A stretch of 63,317 nt of DNA, filler included, from Lenisia limosa (GCA_001655205.1; 11 parts of 11 records of this genome joined end to end with filler, not necessarily neighbours in it), one strand, 5' to 3'; counted from the first letter of the whole stretch, positions 26,048 through 38,418 are shown. The notes: generated by a model not told the origin, from the letters alone. Numbers and translations are program-made.

Positions 26048-28131
26048 GGGGGGGGGGGGGGGNNNNNNNNNNNNNNNNNNNNNNNNNNNNNNNNNNNNNN
26101 NNNNNNTTAATTAATTAANNNNNNNNNNNNNNNNNNNNNNNNNNNNNNNNNNNNNNNNNNNNACTTCGTTTCGAAATACAACTGAATTTCTCAATGACTC
26201 CTCGAAATCTATCGATATTTTACTGGTATTTTTCGAAGTGAAGTAGATAATGTACACACTGCATTATAATAAGTAGAAGTCTAAGGTCATGGAGGGTATA
26301 ATGAAGCTATTTTGCTTGTTTGTGGAGGTTTGTGCGTACTTTTAATAGCCTATTAAGCCCCGTTTACCCCCAAAGGCGACTGGCCTGGGCTTTGTTTCTT
26401 TTCTTTGTTTCAAATATTTCATTTAATAATCCTCAGGGGGGTGGAGAGCCTTACACATACACAAAACGGGCAGAGTATGGCCGGCGGCTCACAAAACTCC
26501 TGGGAGTTGTGCGTGGAATTGTTATCATCAAATAGCGGGCCCGGCCCGACCTGACTCTCTAGGGTTCGTGTTCTGATTTTATTTTCTGCATAATGTATAT
26601 TGAGTGAATGGTAAAGATGTGGTAAGAGCACAAATTGTCTAAACATTTCAGTAAAAATCGAATATGGTCATGAAAATACGATTGATTTTTTTGTTATTTT
26701 TTTTTTGTCTTCATAAGAATACGATTGTTTAATTCTGGTATAATACACATCACTCAATATAATATCATATCCCCATCACTCAATAATTAGGGCTTTCCTG
26801 TGGCCACGAAAAAGACCAATAAAATATCGATATTATATATCGAGGATTAATCGAAAAATTCAGACTCATGGGGCCGTAGGGAAGCCCTACCAAAATAATT
26901 CGTTTGATCCTTTTATGAATATTATTATAATCTATTATTATTCCCAAAAAAAAACCAATCCATCTTTATATAGAGTTTCACGATAAAGAGAACTCAATAT
27001 ACGGGAATCCTATGAAATTAAGTGAATATCCAGATAACCTAAGGGAGGTTNNNNNNNNNNNNNNNNNNNNNNNNNNNNNNNNNNNNNNNNNNNNNNNNNN
27101 NNNNNNNNNNNNNNNNNNNNNNNNNNNNNNNNNNNNNNNNNNNNNNNNNNNNNNNNNNNNNNNNNNNNNNNNNNNNNNNNNNNNNNNNNNNNNNNTCTTT
27201 CGACCTGTGTGTGACGGGAACAAAACAACACAAAATCAAAGTAATACCCCTGACGTCATGACGTCCGCCCCCAACAACCGAAATTTGCCGTACTTGATTT
27301 CCCAATTCATTTTATTTAAAATATATATAGCTACTATATATACTGACAAGTAAAATTATTTTATCATAATAACAAATCGCCTCATCACCAGCCAAAGGCA
27401 TACAAGAGTATTGTCACAAGATTTGATACTGTTAATACTACAGATAGTATCATATCATATCAGCATCAACATTGCCCCGCTGCCCCCACCCCCGGGAGTT
27501 GTACAAGTTCAACAAAGCAGGTATGTGTATGTGTAGTTAACATTAGTAGGCTTATTATAACAAAATCAGAATTCTGAATTTCAGAAGTTTTACCCTCAAT
27601 CTGAGTGGGATATTGACTCACCAGATGAGCATAAGCGGGGGGTTTTTAATCTATAATCGCTCAACATTAGCAACCAAAATGGTATTTTAAATCAGATAAA
27701 TTATAATCTGGTGAGCCTATAGGTTGGGACTTGGAAGCATATAAATCTTACAGAATACTGTATGTATGTATACCACCGAGTTTGGGATCCTGCAGTTTAG
27801 GTAAATTAATAGAGACTCCATAACATTACATGACTTCAGGAAACGAAAATAAATGTAGTACTCCTCGGAATCTGTAACTTTCATGCCTTACTTGGAGGAA
27901 TACATTTAGCTATGTATATAATAAATTCCTCCTAGGGCCATATAGAGGAAATTGGACTCGTTGAAGAGTAAAAAGAGAAAAACAAGAAGCAGCACAATAC
28001 AATTGTTTGTTTTTAGAAGTCAAGAAATAATATTTTTAAGACTTCGTATTAAATGAGAAACCCACTTAAATATTGTACTTTTATGATATCACAAGTCAAA
28101 TGTGTCTTTCTTATTTCATCCTACAAGTTAG

Positions 28132-31100
28132 GCCCAGCTGCCCAAAGACGTCCCTCTGAACTAAAGAGCGTCGTCGTCAAAGAAATGCCTGAAAACATGG
28201 TAAGTATCAGAGCTTCACTTTCGGTTCCAAAACACCTGTAAAATATCAATATTTATCGAGAATTTATCGAGAATTCAGTCTATTTTGGAACCAAAGTGAA
28301 GCTCTAGTAAGTATCTTCAGTGATGACAAAATACGCACTCGTCATTTTATCTCATAGTATCCTGAATATATTTTTTTTAAAATCCATAATTTTGGTTGCT
28401 AATGTTTAGTGATTAGCGGTTAAAAACCCCTTTGTTCCCTCATGCTAATCTGGTGACCACTCCCCCCGTTCCTTCCAAACCCTCTCAAAATTCAAAATTC
28501 ATTTCTTAATAAATTACAAATATCCCATATCTACTAGTGGATTATCGAATATATCAGAGTATCATTGGGACTTATTGGTCAAATGTCGATATTTTATCAG
28601 TGTTTTGGAACCGAAAGTGAAGCTCTGTTATTCTATAGGACATTGCCCACCTCCTCTGCCATGCAGCTGAAAAGGGACACTTGGAGTCCGTAAAGAGCCT
28701 TATTGAGAAAGGTGCTGACGTCAATCAAGCTGATGAAACGGTGAGTATTGAGAATAAAAGAGATATCTGCTCACCAGAATTAGGGACTTCGGTTACAAAA
28801 TACCGGGAAAATATCGATAATTTTCGAGGAGTTATCAAGAAATTCGGTCTTTCTTTCGAACCGAAATGAAGCTCTAACCAGAATACAAGCTGAATTTCTT
28901 GATAAATCTGAGATAAATATCAATATTTCGCCGGTTTTCCAAAACTGGAGATAAGCCCTATCATGGTATAGTGGAATAGTTTTATCTGTTTTATAAAATG
29001 CTCTCTTTTAAAACAAGTGTAACTTCATTATCCAGGAAGTAACACCCCTCTGTTGTGCTGCAGAACATGGTCATTTGGAGGTGGTGTGGTATCTTATTGA
29101 GAACGGTGCTGACATCAACAAAGCTGATGAAGATGTGGGTCAACAGCTGGTTTCACTTCTATTCGAAGAAAGAATTTCTAGATCAATCCTCAAAAACTAC
29201 CAATATTTGACCGGTCTTTTCAAACCGAAGTGAAGCTCTACGGTTAACGCATCCTTTTTGTGTGTTATACTCTGTTTTTTTGAGGATCAGAATTATATCC
29301 ATTAAATCAAATTTTTGGGGGAAAAAAAACAAAAATCTGTTTTCTTCTCTGAAAAGAAAAAACTTGCATAATATATGATATGTAAATCTTGAAAGACCCC
29401 GTGTTTTTTTTTTAAAAAAAATGACATAATTTCAAATTAAAATGTCTGAAATGTCGTTCCCTCATGTTTCACTTCAATTTTTGAAATTAATTCAATCAAT
29501 TGCACGGAGCGCTAAACTCTTGATAGTCGTTATTGGACAGTAGTGAAGCTTAACACATAAATAATTGGAAAATAAACGTAATGGAATCATTTTTCAATAA
29601 TATTAATATCTACAATATTTTAGCCTGAACAAATTCAAATGGATATTCAAGTTTCAATAAAGACTTTATTCCAAAATCATAATATAGGGTGTCACCGCGC
29701 TGAACTATGCTTCGTGGAAAGGCTATTTAGCTACAGCGGCCTTCCTCGTTGACAAGGGTGCTAAACTTGAAAAACCGGAAGACGATACGGTGAGGGTCAT
29801 TTTGTCACCCTAATTAGTTTCTTACATTTTTAATCTAATATCTCTTATATGATGGTGTGGAAGAAAACCACCCTGTTGTATTTCTCATTCCGGGAAAATA
29901 ATTTGCAAACACTGATCACCAAATCCATGCTTTAATGAATATTTTCAAAACATTTATGGAAGAAAAATATCCTTCCTTCAAATTATAAAACACCATCGGC
30001 GCATTGACTTGGAATTCTCACGTAGCATTTTGCACTTGGCCGCAGGGGGTTCGAAATGTTGGAACTAAAAAAGTTCGACGACTTTGCCCCCAAAAAAAGG
30101 TGTTAAAGGAAGCTAAATGAACTGATTTTGGGGATTTATGGATTTATGAACAAAAGACCTGCTTATACGAGATATTGATAATATCGGGCCTAACCACACC
30201 ATCACGCTGATTACCCTCAATAATATTGTTTTCGGGGCACAACTTGGGCTTCACTTCGGATAAAAAAGGTTGATAAAATATCGATAGTTTTCGAGGATTT
30301 ATCGAGAAAATGCAGTCTTTTTTCGAACAAAGTAAAGCCCTAGGCACATCCCCCCTCATTTATACTGTACCTCTCTACTACTCCATCACCCCAGCATCCT
30401 CTTTCCAACATAACAAAAAAATTGACATAATATGCCCTCTAAAACCATAGGGTAGAACCGCCCTCATTAATGCTGCTCTACACGGCCATTTGGAGGTTGT
30501 GAAGTACCTCGTGGGGAAGGGAGCTGACTTCAACAAAATGGACAAAGACGTGGGTCTAGTGTGATTTGGAAGTTGGTGGTTAGGGCTTCACTTCGGTTCA
30601 AAAAAGACTGCATTTTTCGAAAAATTCTCGAAAACTATAGATTTTGAACCGAAGTGGAAATTTTCACGACTGCTTGATTATTATCCAGGCTTCGAAGTAA
30701 TTTGGCCCAGTTCTGACAATAGTTAGGATTTTTATTGGGAATAACAAGGAGAATTGAACAACACCTTGCATTGACTTTAACAGGGAAGTACCTCCGCAAT
30801 TCATGCAGCTTGGTATGGCAAATTGGCCGTTTTAAAGTTTCTTGTTGATCAAGGTGGATCCCACTTTTCCCCTGTTAATGTGGGGGGGGGGGGTAAGAAT
30901 GTTGACCCAAACCCACTTGTGACGAATTTTATTACTAGTCTCTACAATTGATACCCCCTCCCCCACTCTCCATTTTGCTTAATCTTGATCTGTTGCTAAC
31001 CAAAAAAAGTTGATTTTGGTCTTTTTAGTTTGATAAATTTTCCAATTTTTCCCACCACATTCTGATTTTTCTCATCCTCGTAGAGAAATACAGCACTCAA

Positions 31101-31182
31101 AATGAGCGTTTTTCAAGGCCATTTGGAAGTTGTGAAGTACCTCATTGAGAATGGTGCTGAGATTGATGCGTCGTATGAATTT
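28132..31182 (+). CDS. Ankyrin-repeat protein, one repeat per exon, truncated by the scaffold end
   Basis: Six phase-0 exons at 28639-28740, 29036-29134, 29688-29789, 30451-30549, 30784-30879 and 31084-31182. Each encodes one ANK unit, e.g. EVTPLCCAAEHGHLEVVWYLIENGADINKADED and GRTALINAALHGHLEVVKYLVGKGADFNKMDKD. Further upstream exons are likely (e.g. one ending at 27520). Confidence 0.93.
28208..28306. mobile_element. Family-1a MITE whose TSD is the intron donor
   Basis: Perfect TSD GTAAGTAT at 28200-28207 and 28307-28314; the first copy is the 5' splice site. Confidence 0.92.
28781..28876. mobile_element. Family-1a MITE in an ankyrin intron
   Basis: Perfect TSD ACCAGAAT (28773-28780, 28877-28884). 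Confidence 0.9.
30244..30342. mobile_element. Family-1a MITE in an ankyrin intron
   Basis: TSD GGCACAAC/GGCACATC. Other ankyrin-intron copies are at ~28545-28627, 29144-29240 and 30581-30657. Confidence 0.88.
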
Positions 31183-31862
31183 GTGGGAGTAGCGGAGTGA
31201 TATTATGGCGCATTGACTTTTANNNNNNNNNNNNNNNNNNNNNNNNNNNNNNNNNNNNNNNNNNNNTTAATTAATTAANNNNNNNNNNNNNNNNNNNNNN
31301 NNNNNNNNNNNNNNNNNNNNNNCAAATCAACTCTGTTGGCTTACAACACACGAGGGTTGAAAACAACAAAAACAAACAAAAAAAAAGCTAGAAGCACCAC
31401 AATTATTAACTTCGGTGGAGGTAGAAGACTATTCTTGGTTTAGAAACACAATGCGGAAATAAAGCCCTGAGATAGCACAGAATATCACAGCTACAAACCA
31501 GAACGGTTTCAACCATATTATTCATTTAGGAGAATTGCTGTTGCTTTCATACCCCCCCCCCCCCNNNNNNNNNNNNNNNNNNNNNNNNNNNNNNNNNNNN
31601 NNNNNNNNNNNNNNNNNNNNNNNNNNNNNNNNNNNNNNNNNNNNNNNNNNNNNNNNNNNNNNNNNNNNNNNNNNNNNNNNNNNNNNNNNNNNNNNNNNNN
31701 NNNNNNCCACAGTCTGCGAGGTGACTTATGAACCGAAAAAAAAAACAACTCAGTTAAGATTTTGAATTCGGTGTGGCGGAGTATGGGAGAGGCAAGGGTG
31801 AATAAGAGAAGTCAATTTGAATGATGGCTTCAACAATAACAGAATTCAAGATGAAAAATAAT

Positions 31863-31959
31863 TAGGGCTTCACTTAGGTTCAAAAAAAGACTGAATTTAT
31901 CGATAAATCCACGAATTATCGATATTTTGCAGGTATTTTTCGAACCGAAGTGAAGCTTA
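31863..31959. mobile_element. Family-1a MITE in a NOP2 intron
   Basis: Perfect TSD AAAATAAT (31855-31862, 31960-31967). Confidence 0.88.
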
Positions 31960-31989
31960 AAAATAATACAGATTACCCCCAACCCCGAC

Positions 31990-33834
31990 CTCAGCAAGGG
32001 GGAAGATCTGGAACAGTTTCTCCATGAGCCACTCGGAGTAGCTGTAGTACTCGCAGCAGTCCAAATGGAGGCGTGCGACATACTCTNNNNNNNNNNNNNN
32101 NNNNNNNNNNNNNNNNNNNNNNNNNNNNNNNNNNNNNNNNNNNNNNNNNNNNNNNNNNNNNNNNNNNNNNNNNNNNNNNNNNNNNNNNNNNNNNNNNNNN
32201 NNNNNNNNNNNNNNNNNNNNNNNNNNNNNNNNNNNNNNNNNNNNNNNNNNNNNNNNNNNNNNNNNNNNNNNNNNNNNNNNNNNNNNNNNNNNNNNNNNNN
32301 NNNNNNNNNAACTAGCCAACACGCGAAGAATCTCATCAATTCTGTTCTTGAGAAGCTCACGTGAAAGAGGGTTCATTTCTAAACGAGAAGTTAGCCTACT
32401 GCCTTGAATGAATAATGTCGACAAACATAAAACAACAAGCGCCATCTCGACAAAGTCTGACCTTGATCTCATGATCAGTTCACAACAGGCCTCAGGAACT
32501 TAGCCCCCCCCCCCCCNNNNNNNNNNNNNNNNNNNNNNNNNNNNNNNNNNNNNNNNNNNNNNNNNNNNNNNNNNNNNNNNNNNNNNNNNNNNNNNNNNNN
32601 NNNNNNNNNNNNNNNNNNNNNNNNNNNNNNNNNNNNNNNNNNNNNNNNNNNNNNNNNNNNNNNNNNNNNGGGGGGTAAAACGAAGGAAATTTCGATCAAG
32701 AGTATTGGCGTTATGGTACTAATCACGAATAATCTGAAGGGGAGCAAAATTGGAAAATCTATGAAACAAAAAAAAGCCCAAAATCAACTTTGTTGGCTGA
32801 CAACACACGAGAGTTGACAACAACAAAACAAACACACAAATTTTAATAATGTAAAACTTCAAAACCCTTTTGTAACTTCCTTTGACCTTTGACACTTTGG
32901 CAAAGGATATTGCTATCCATATGTACATAACAAAGTTTATCAATCTGAGTGTATATCTTTATTAGTTTAACTCCATTACGTGATATGCACATTACTGTCA
33001 CCAAGTTTGGAACATTATGAAAATTAGAAGATGAGGAGAAAAAGTTAGTAGTACTCAATCCTGAAAAACAGTACCCCCATCATACAAGAACACAATAGCA
33101 CCACCACCAACATCAGCCTCCAAAGCACGTCTTTCCTCTTCCTCACGCGCCTCACGCTCCATTGGAAGTTCCTCACGATCGCTCTCATCACTGTCTGCAA
33201 GGGAGTGAGCAGCAGTGGAAACATATGAAGGGCCAGGCTAAGAAATACGTATAAAAGGAACACAAATGGAGAGAAAAGACGAGAGGACAAAGCAGGCGCA
33301 CCTGAGCCAGAGGCAGCACCCTTAGGCTTAAGCCATGCCTTATTGTCATCTGTAAAACCCTCCTGGGTCTTCATGGTGAGAAGTTCTCCCATTATAACGC
33401 TTCAAAAAGGTCTACAAAGGATTCGACTTGAGGTACAAAGAAAAATTCGAGGGTCCTAACTTGAATACCCTTATTTATGTGGCAAGCACCGTTGTCTCAG
33501 AAACACTAGTTCAAATAAAAGGAGAAATATCAAAAAAGAAAAGCTTTTAAATAGTATATAAACTGTAGGGTTTATATCCTTTTTAAAAGGAATTTTCTTA
33601 TTAAAAGGTTCCTTTCATTTCCACTCGCGTTTAGAATTGGTGTAAGGTAGTATAAACTAAATCCGAGTCGAAACCGACGAAGTCCCCCCAACCGGGCCCA
33701 ACCCCTTGAAGTACTGATCACCGTCCTTGTTACCCAGCTCTCCCCTCCTGTGACAGCTCCTGAGAAACATAAAAAACTGTTGGTAGCCAACCAAAGCTTT
33801 TCTGTCCTGGTCTCCGCTCCCCTTTGCCACTCAT
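31990..33834 (-). CDS. NOP2: Nucleolar rRNA m5C methyltransferase NOP2, N-terminal part
   Basis: GFTDDNKAWLKPK, ELLKNRIDEILRVLAS and EYVARLHLDCCEYYSYSEWLMEKLFQIFPLAE match the NOP2 region preceding the RsmB/NOL1 domain. The start codon is tentative. Confidence 0.75.
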
Positions 33835-34342
33835 TATTCTGGCCCTCCGTGTTCGCCTCTCTGTCTTCGTGGCTGTTGAGCGCTCAAACGGAGCAAAATG
33901 GCCCGAACGGCCAAGGTTGGAGGGGGAGGGGGGCATTAGAACTTTCTGATTGTTTTACGTTTTGATAGCGGCCTCTTCTACAGAGAGAGTAGATTGGAAA
34001 TTTTAACCATGTTGATGTGGATGGCTTTGACTCGTTGACTTTATATGCGTGAATTAGTTTTCATTCTTCGTTTACTTCTCTGATTTCTTCATCTTCAAAC
34101 TTACCATCAAGGGGGGTCCGCACACCTCATCAAAGAATGCGAAGGTGGGCTGTTTGGAAGGCTTAATTTAAACCATATATTGTATTTTATCATTGAGGAA
34201 TACTACACGGGGGACAACAAAAACAAAACGACTGCATATCACTTCTCTTGGTACCAAGGCAACCTTTGGTCTGGATTAAACATCCAGTATTTATTGGGAG
34301 CTTACCAACCGGAATGTTTCTTTGTATTAGTCACACTTCAGG

Positions 34343-37300
34343 CTGGTAACGCAGTGACCAGAATTGTCCCGGCATCTGAGGTGGCTCTCCAGCAGTTCAG
34401 GTTTGTAGAGGGAAATAGAGAAATACGTGCGTTTGTTATATCAGCTCTATTTGGGTGAACTTGGCACAACCCTTAGTATTCCTCATTTGATAGCAACTGC
34501 CGAGGTTTCAATAGAAATATGAATTTACTGGCATTGTTTGCCCATATTTCTGATGATGCTGCAGTTTGGATGCGCGAGGGAAGGCCCTTGAGGGATTTCG
34601 GCATCAAGTTGCAGATTTGTAGGCTTATTTTTCCTTGTTTTCCACCATTTTTTTTTCTGCTTCGCCCCTTCCTGTAAATTGATTTTTTTTTGCTTCTTTG
34701 GCTTTTCACCCTCCCTTCTTGTTTACCTGTGTATTGCAAGATGTAACAAAATGTAACACTCCACTTCTCATATCAATAGAGTTTATTTGTTTCAGAGCAT
34801 TTCAACACCCCCCCCCCCTCTTCCCATAGAATGCTGCATAAGCTACCGGACAGGGCTTTTTTGTTGTTTGTTTCTTTGCTGTTTTCATCCCTCGTGTGTG
34901 TCACAGTTTTGCCAACAGAGTTTTGACTTTCTCATTTTACCTTCACCATGCTGACTATTACAGGAGACGAGAGAACAACTTGCTTCTTTCCGAGTTACAG
35001 GAGGGAGAAAGGGATTCGGTAAGGCTGAGTTCTGGGAATATTCTATGTATATTGGCAAAGTCATTTATGACGAGATAATTATTCAACAACATAGAACAAA
35101 GATCCAAGAACAAAGTACGAACTATTTTAGAATCAGATAATAATTTTTCGTTAAAATCACAGAGTAACAGAATTTTGTTCAAGTAATATCCTTCTCAGTG
35201 TTATTTGATAACCTGGTTCACCTTTGAACAGATCGATGTGATCACTTTCCTTCGAAGAGAGGTGGAAGAGAAGGATGCCATGATTGCCGAGCTGAAAGCC
35301 ACATCATTGCAGTGGGGGTTGTATGAATCGTTGATACACCATTTGTTTGGACCTTTCCTCACCCCGCCCTCTTTTATATGATATATACAAGGTATCTTTT
35401 CAACAAAAACTACGGCTATAGACTGGGGGAGGGTCTTGTGATACAAACAGTGACTAGGATAAGTCTTGACCAATTTGCTTTGTGATTTCACAAGGAAAAT
35501 AGGGCAACACTTATCCCAGTCACTGTGTATAATTTAGGAATGCGATACATTGCTGGCGTAGTATAATATAGCATGTATGATATATTCTCCAGATGCTATA
35601 CATATAGTATACTATCTCTGGTAACACTAATTCTGTTATTAACTCACGCCTTAGACAAACCCAAGATCATCAGAAGGAGCAAGAGGGACTTAGGGCCCAT
35701 TATGACCGGGTAATTCAGGTGGGAGGGTGGAGAGAATAAATGAAACAACGGTGAGAAGGGGAAGTTATGAACCAAACCTTTTTTAGTCTCTATTGAAACA
35801 AGGATCATAGAGATCCAGCCAAACAAACGGAACGATCGACTAATGGTCATGTATTAAACAGTATTACTGTTTTCCCCTTTTTCTATTCTCATTTTGTCAC
35901 TTTTTTAACGATTAAAGGGATAGTCAGGTGTGTGATTCTACTGTAACAAATAATGACCTAACGCAAGTTATTGTCGCAACTCTCTCCCCCCCTTCCAGCT
36001 TTCTCACCATTTACAGGAAGCCGAAGAAGGAGCAGTGGTGAGCCAAAGGGAGATACAAAGCCTGCAGAAAGAGCTTGCTGTTGTCAAGGAGTTCAGGGTT
36101 AGGCGGGATGTCAATGATTTAGGGAGAGGGGGTGTCTTGTGTTTGCAAAAGTAAATAGAGTCGATTGTGGATAGTTTTCTATTTCAAATTTTTTTTCCTT
36201 TTTTTTATTTATATAGATATAGTAAGTGTATATTATATAGTATGTCAATTTTCAATTTTACCCTCCAGAAAAGACGGACGCTGATGCAGGAGGAACTCTC
36301 AAAAGTCAGGGACCAAATGGACACGATGGCGCGCAAGCACAGCGACACAACAGCAAGAATGGAACATAAGGTGGGGGGGGCACAAGTATTTCACTTTGGT
36401 TCGGGAAAATATCGATAGTTTTCGAGGAATTATCGGGAAATGCAGTCTTTTATTGAACCGAAGTGAAGCCACGTTTTGCCAATATAGTAGTGGTATTTCC
36501 CCCATACATTTTCCCTTTTTGTATGCTGAAGGGATGGGATGCGGTACTGCAGAAGCGACNNNNNNNNNNNNNNNNNNNNNNNNNNNNNNNNNNNNNNNNN
36601 NNNNNNNNNNNNNNNNNNNNNNNNNNNNNNNNNNNNNNNNNNNNNNNNNNNNNNNNNNNNNNNNNNNNNNNNNNNNNNNNNNNNNNNNNNNNNNNNNNNN
36701 NNNNNNNNNNNNNNNNNNNNNNNNNNNNNNNNNNNNNNNNNNNNNNNNGTTGCCGAGATCCATCACAAGATTCAAGAGGTTTCAGGGGTAACGTCATGCT
36801 CATAATCGAGCGTATTTAATAGGGAGATATTGTAGGCTTTGGAAACTGTTTCTCACTTTCCTATTTTTAAAATTTTAAACGTCCTTTTTTTAATTTTTTT
36901 TTTACTATTTTGGTATAGCAAGACTTACCATATTAGGAAACCTGGCAGCGATTGGACGAAAGCATCCGACAGGTTTTGAGGGAAAACAAGCGTATGGCTG
37001 ACGAGCTGAGACTCCAGGTTTTTGAAACTGAGGGTGGGGGGGGGGTGATCTGTGACAGGAGAGGTGTGAGAGTTCTACTCTCCAGCNNNNNNNNNNNNNN
37101 NNNNNNNNNNNNNNNNNNNNNNNNNNNNNNNNNNNNNACCATTAGGGCTTCCCTACGGTCTGAAAAGGACCGTTAAAATATAGATATTTATCAAAGATTT
37201 ATCGAGTCTTTTTTGGGACCGGGCTTTGTTTGTTTTGTTGCTGTCAACTCTCGTGTATTGTCAACAGAGTTGGGCTTTTTTTTGTTTTATAAATTTTCCA

Positions 37301-38418
37301 ATTTTACTCCCCCCCTCCAGAGCTCCAAAAGACCAAGAAGGAGCTAGAAGATGACTGCAAGCGATTATTGCGAGATGCTGAGTTGAATGAGCAAAGTCTG
37401 AAGGAGTACGCCAAACAGAATCGTCGTCAGGAGAGAGAGGTTTGTGGGTTTCATTTAACATATCTCCCCTCATTACTCCTTCCAGGTTTTGGAATTAGAC
37501 ATTGCCCTCCATAACCTAACAGAACCTATATACCCCCATCCCCCGTAACTTTATAAACCGACTAATGAGATGCGGTGCTGNNNNNNNNNNNNNNNNNNNN
37601 NNNNNNNNNNNNNNNNNNNNNNNNNNNNNNNNNNNNNNNNNNNNNNNNNNNNNNNNGTGTGTTATCAGCCAACAGAGTTGATTTTGGGCTTCTTTGCTTC
37701 ATGAATGTCCAATTGTACTATCTTTACGCCAATATTCTTCATCAAAATTCCCTTCATTTTACTCCCCCCCCCCTCCTAGAACCGAGACCTGCAGGATCGG
37801 GTTAGCCATTTGAGGGATGTGGTAGAGGCAACCGTGGCCCAGGCCAACAGCGACCACAATCTGCTGGAGGAGGTGGGAATAGGGCTTCACTTCGGTTCGA
37901 AAAAAGATTGAATTTATAAATCCTCGAAAACTATCGATATGTACCGGTCTTTTTCGAACCGAAGTGAATTTCGGTGGGAAATGATCGGGGAGGGCCACAC
38001 TAACGCAATTGATCGGGTGACTTAATATTATTTTTCAGCTAATGAGAAATAAAAAAAAACAAGGTTGTATCTGTATCTGGCCGAAGCCGTCCATACCATC
38101 ACGCTTATAAGAGATATTGGATTATAGTATAATACTAATTCACCCAACCATTTGCCTTAATGATAATCTAAATATCTCTTAAAAGCGTGATGGTGCGAAC
38201 AGCTTCGGCCAGATACTTACGTCCTTGTTTTATTTCCCATTCCATATGTCACACAATCCCTCATGGAGTTCCACAAAAAGCTTTCAAAGGATAACATACC
38301 ACCCTTATTCACCTTTCGCCTCTAGGCTCGCCATGATGAACAAAAGGATTTGAAAGTTGAGGTCACAGCGCTCCGACGTCTGCTCCAGCTCAAGAACGAG
38401 GAAATACTACATCTCAGG
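34343..38418 (+). CDS. BBOF1: Basal body-orientation factor 1 (BBOF1/CCDC176)-like coiled-coil protein, partial
   Basis: IDVITFLRREVEEKDAMIAELK, EIQSLQKELAVVKEFR-KRRTLMQEELSKVRDQMDTMARKHSDTTARMEHK, RQVLRENKRMADEL and VEVTALRRLLQLKNEEILHLR are colinear with BBOF1 as recalled from memory. Needs HMM confirmation; CFAP157 is a related alternative. Confidence 0.72.
37221..37320 (+). repeat. Family-3 element forming a BBOF1 acceptor, fused to a truncated 1b MITE
   Basis: ...TTTTCCAATTTTACTCCCCCCCTCCAG|AG CTC CAA AAG. Confidence 0.85.
37880..37972. mobile_element. Family-1a MITE whose TSD spans a BBOF1 exon/intron junction
   Basis: TSD GGTGGGAA at 37872-37879 and 37973-37980; donor GT at 37873-37874; right TIR degenerate. 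Confidence 0.85.
38038..38243. mobile_element. Family-2 foldback element with long (~80-90 bp) inverted arms
   Basis: AATGAGAAATAAAA...GTATCTGGCCGAAGCCGTCCATACCATCACGCTTATAAGAGATATT and its reverse complement flank a short spacer. Single arms occur at ~3715-3800, 18563-18715, 40498-40540, 42645-42757, 50720-50875 and 60140-60170. Confidence 0.8.
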
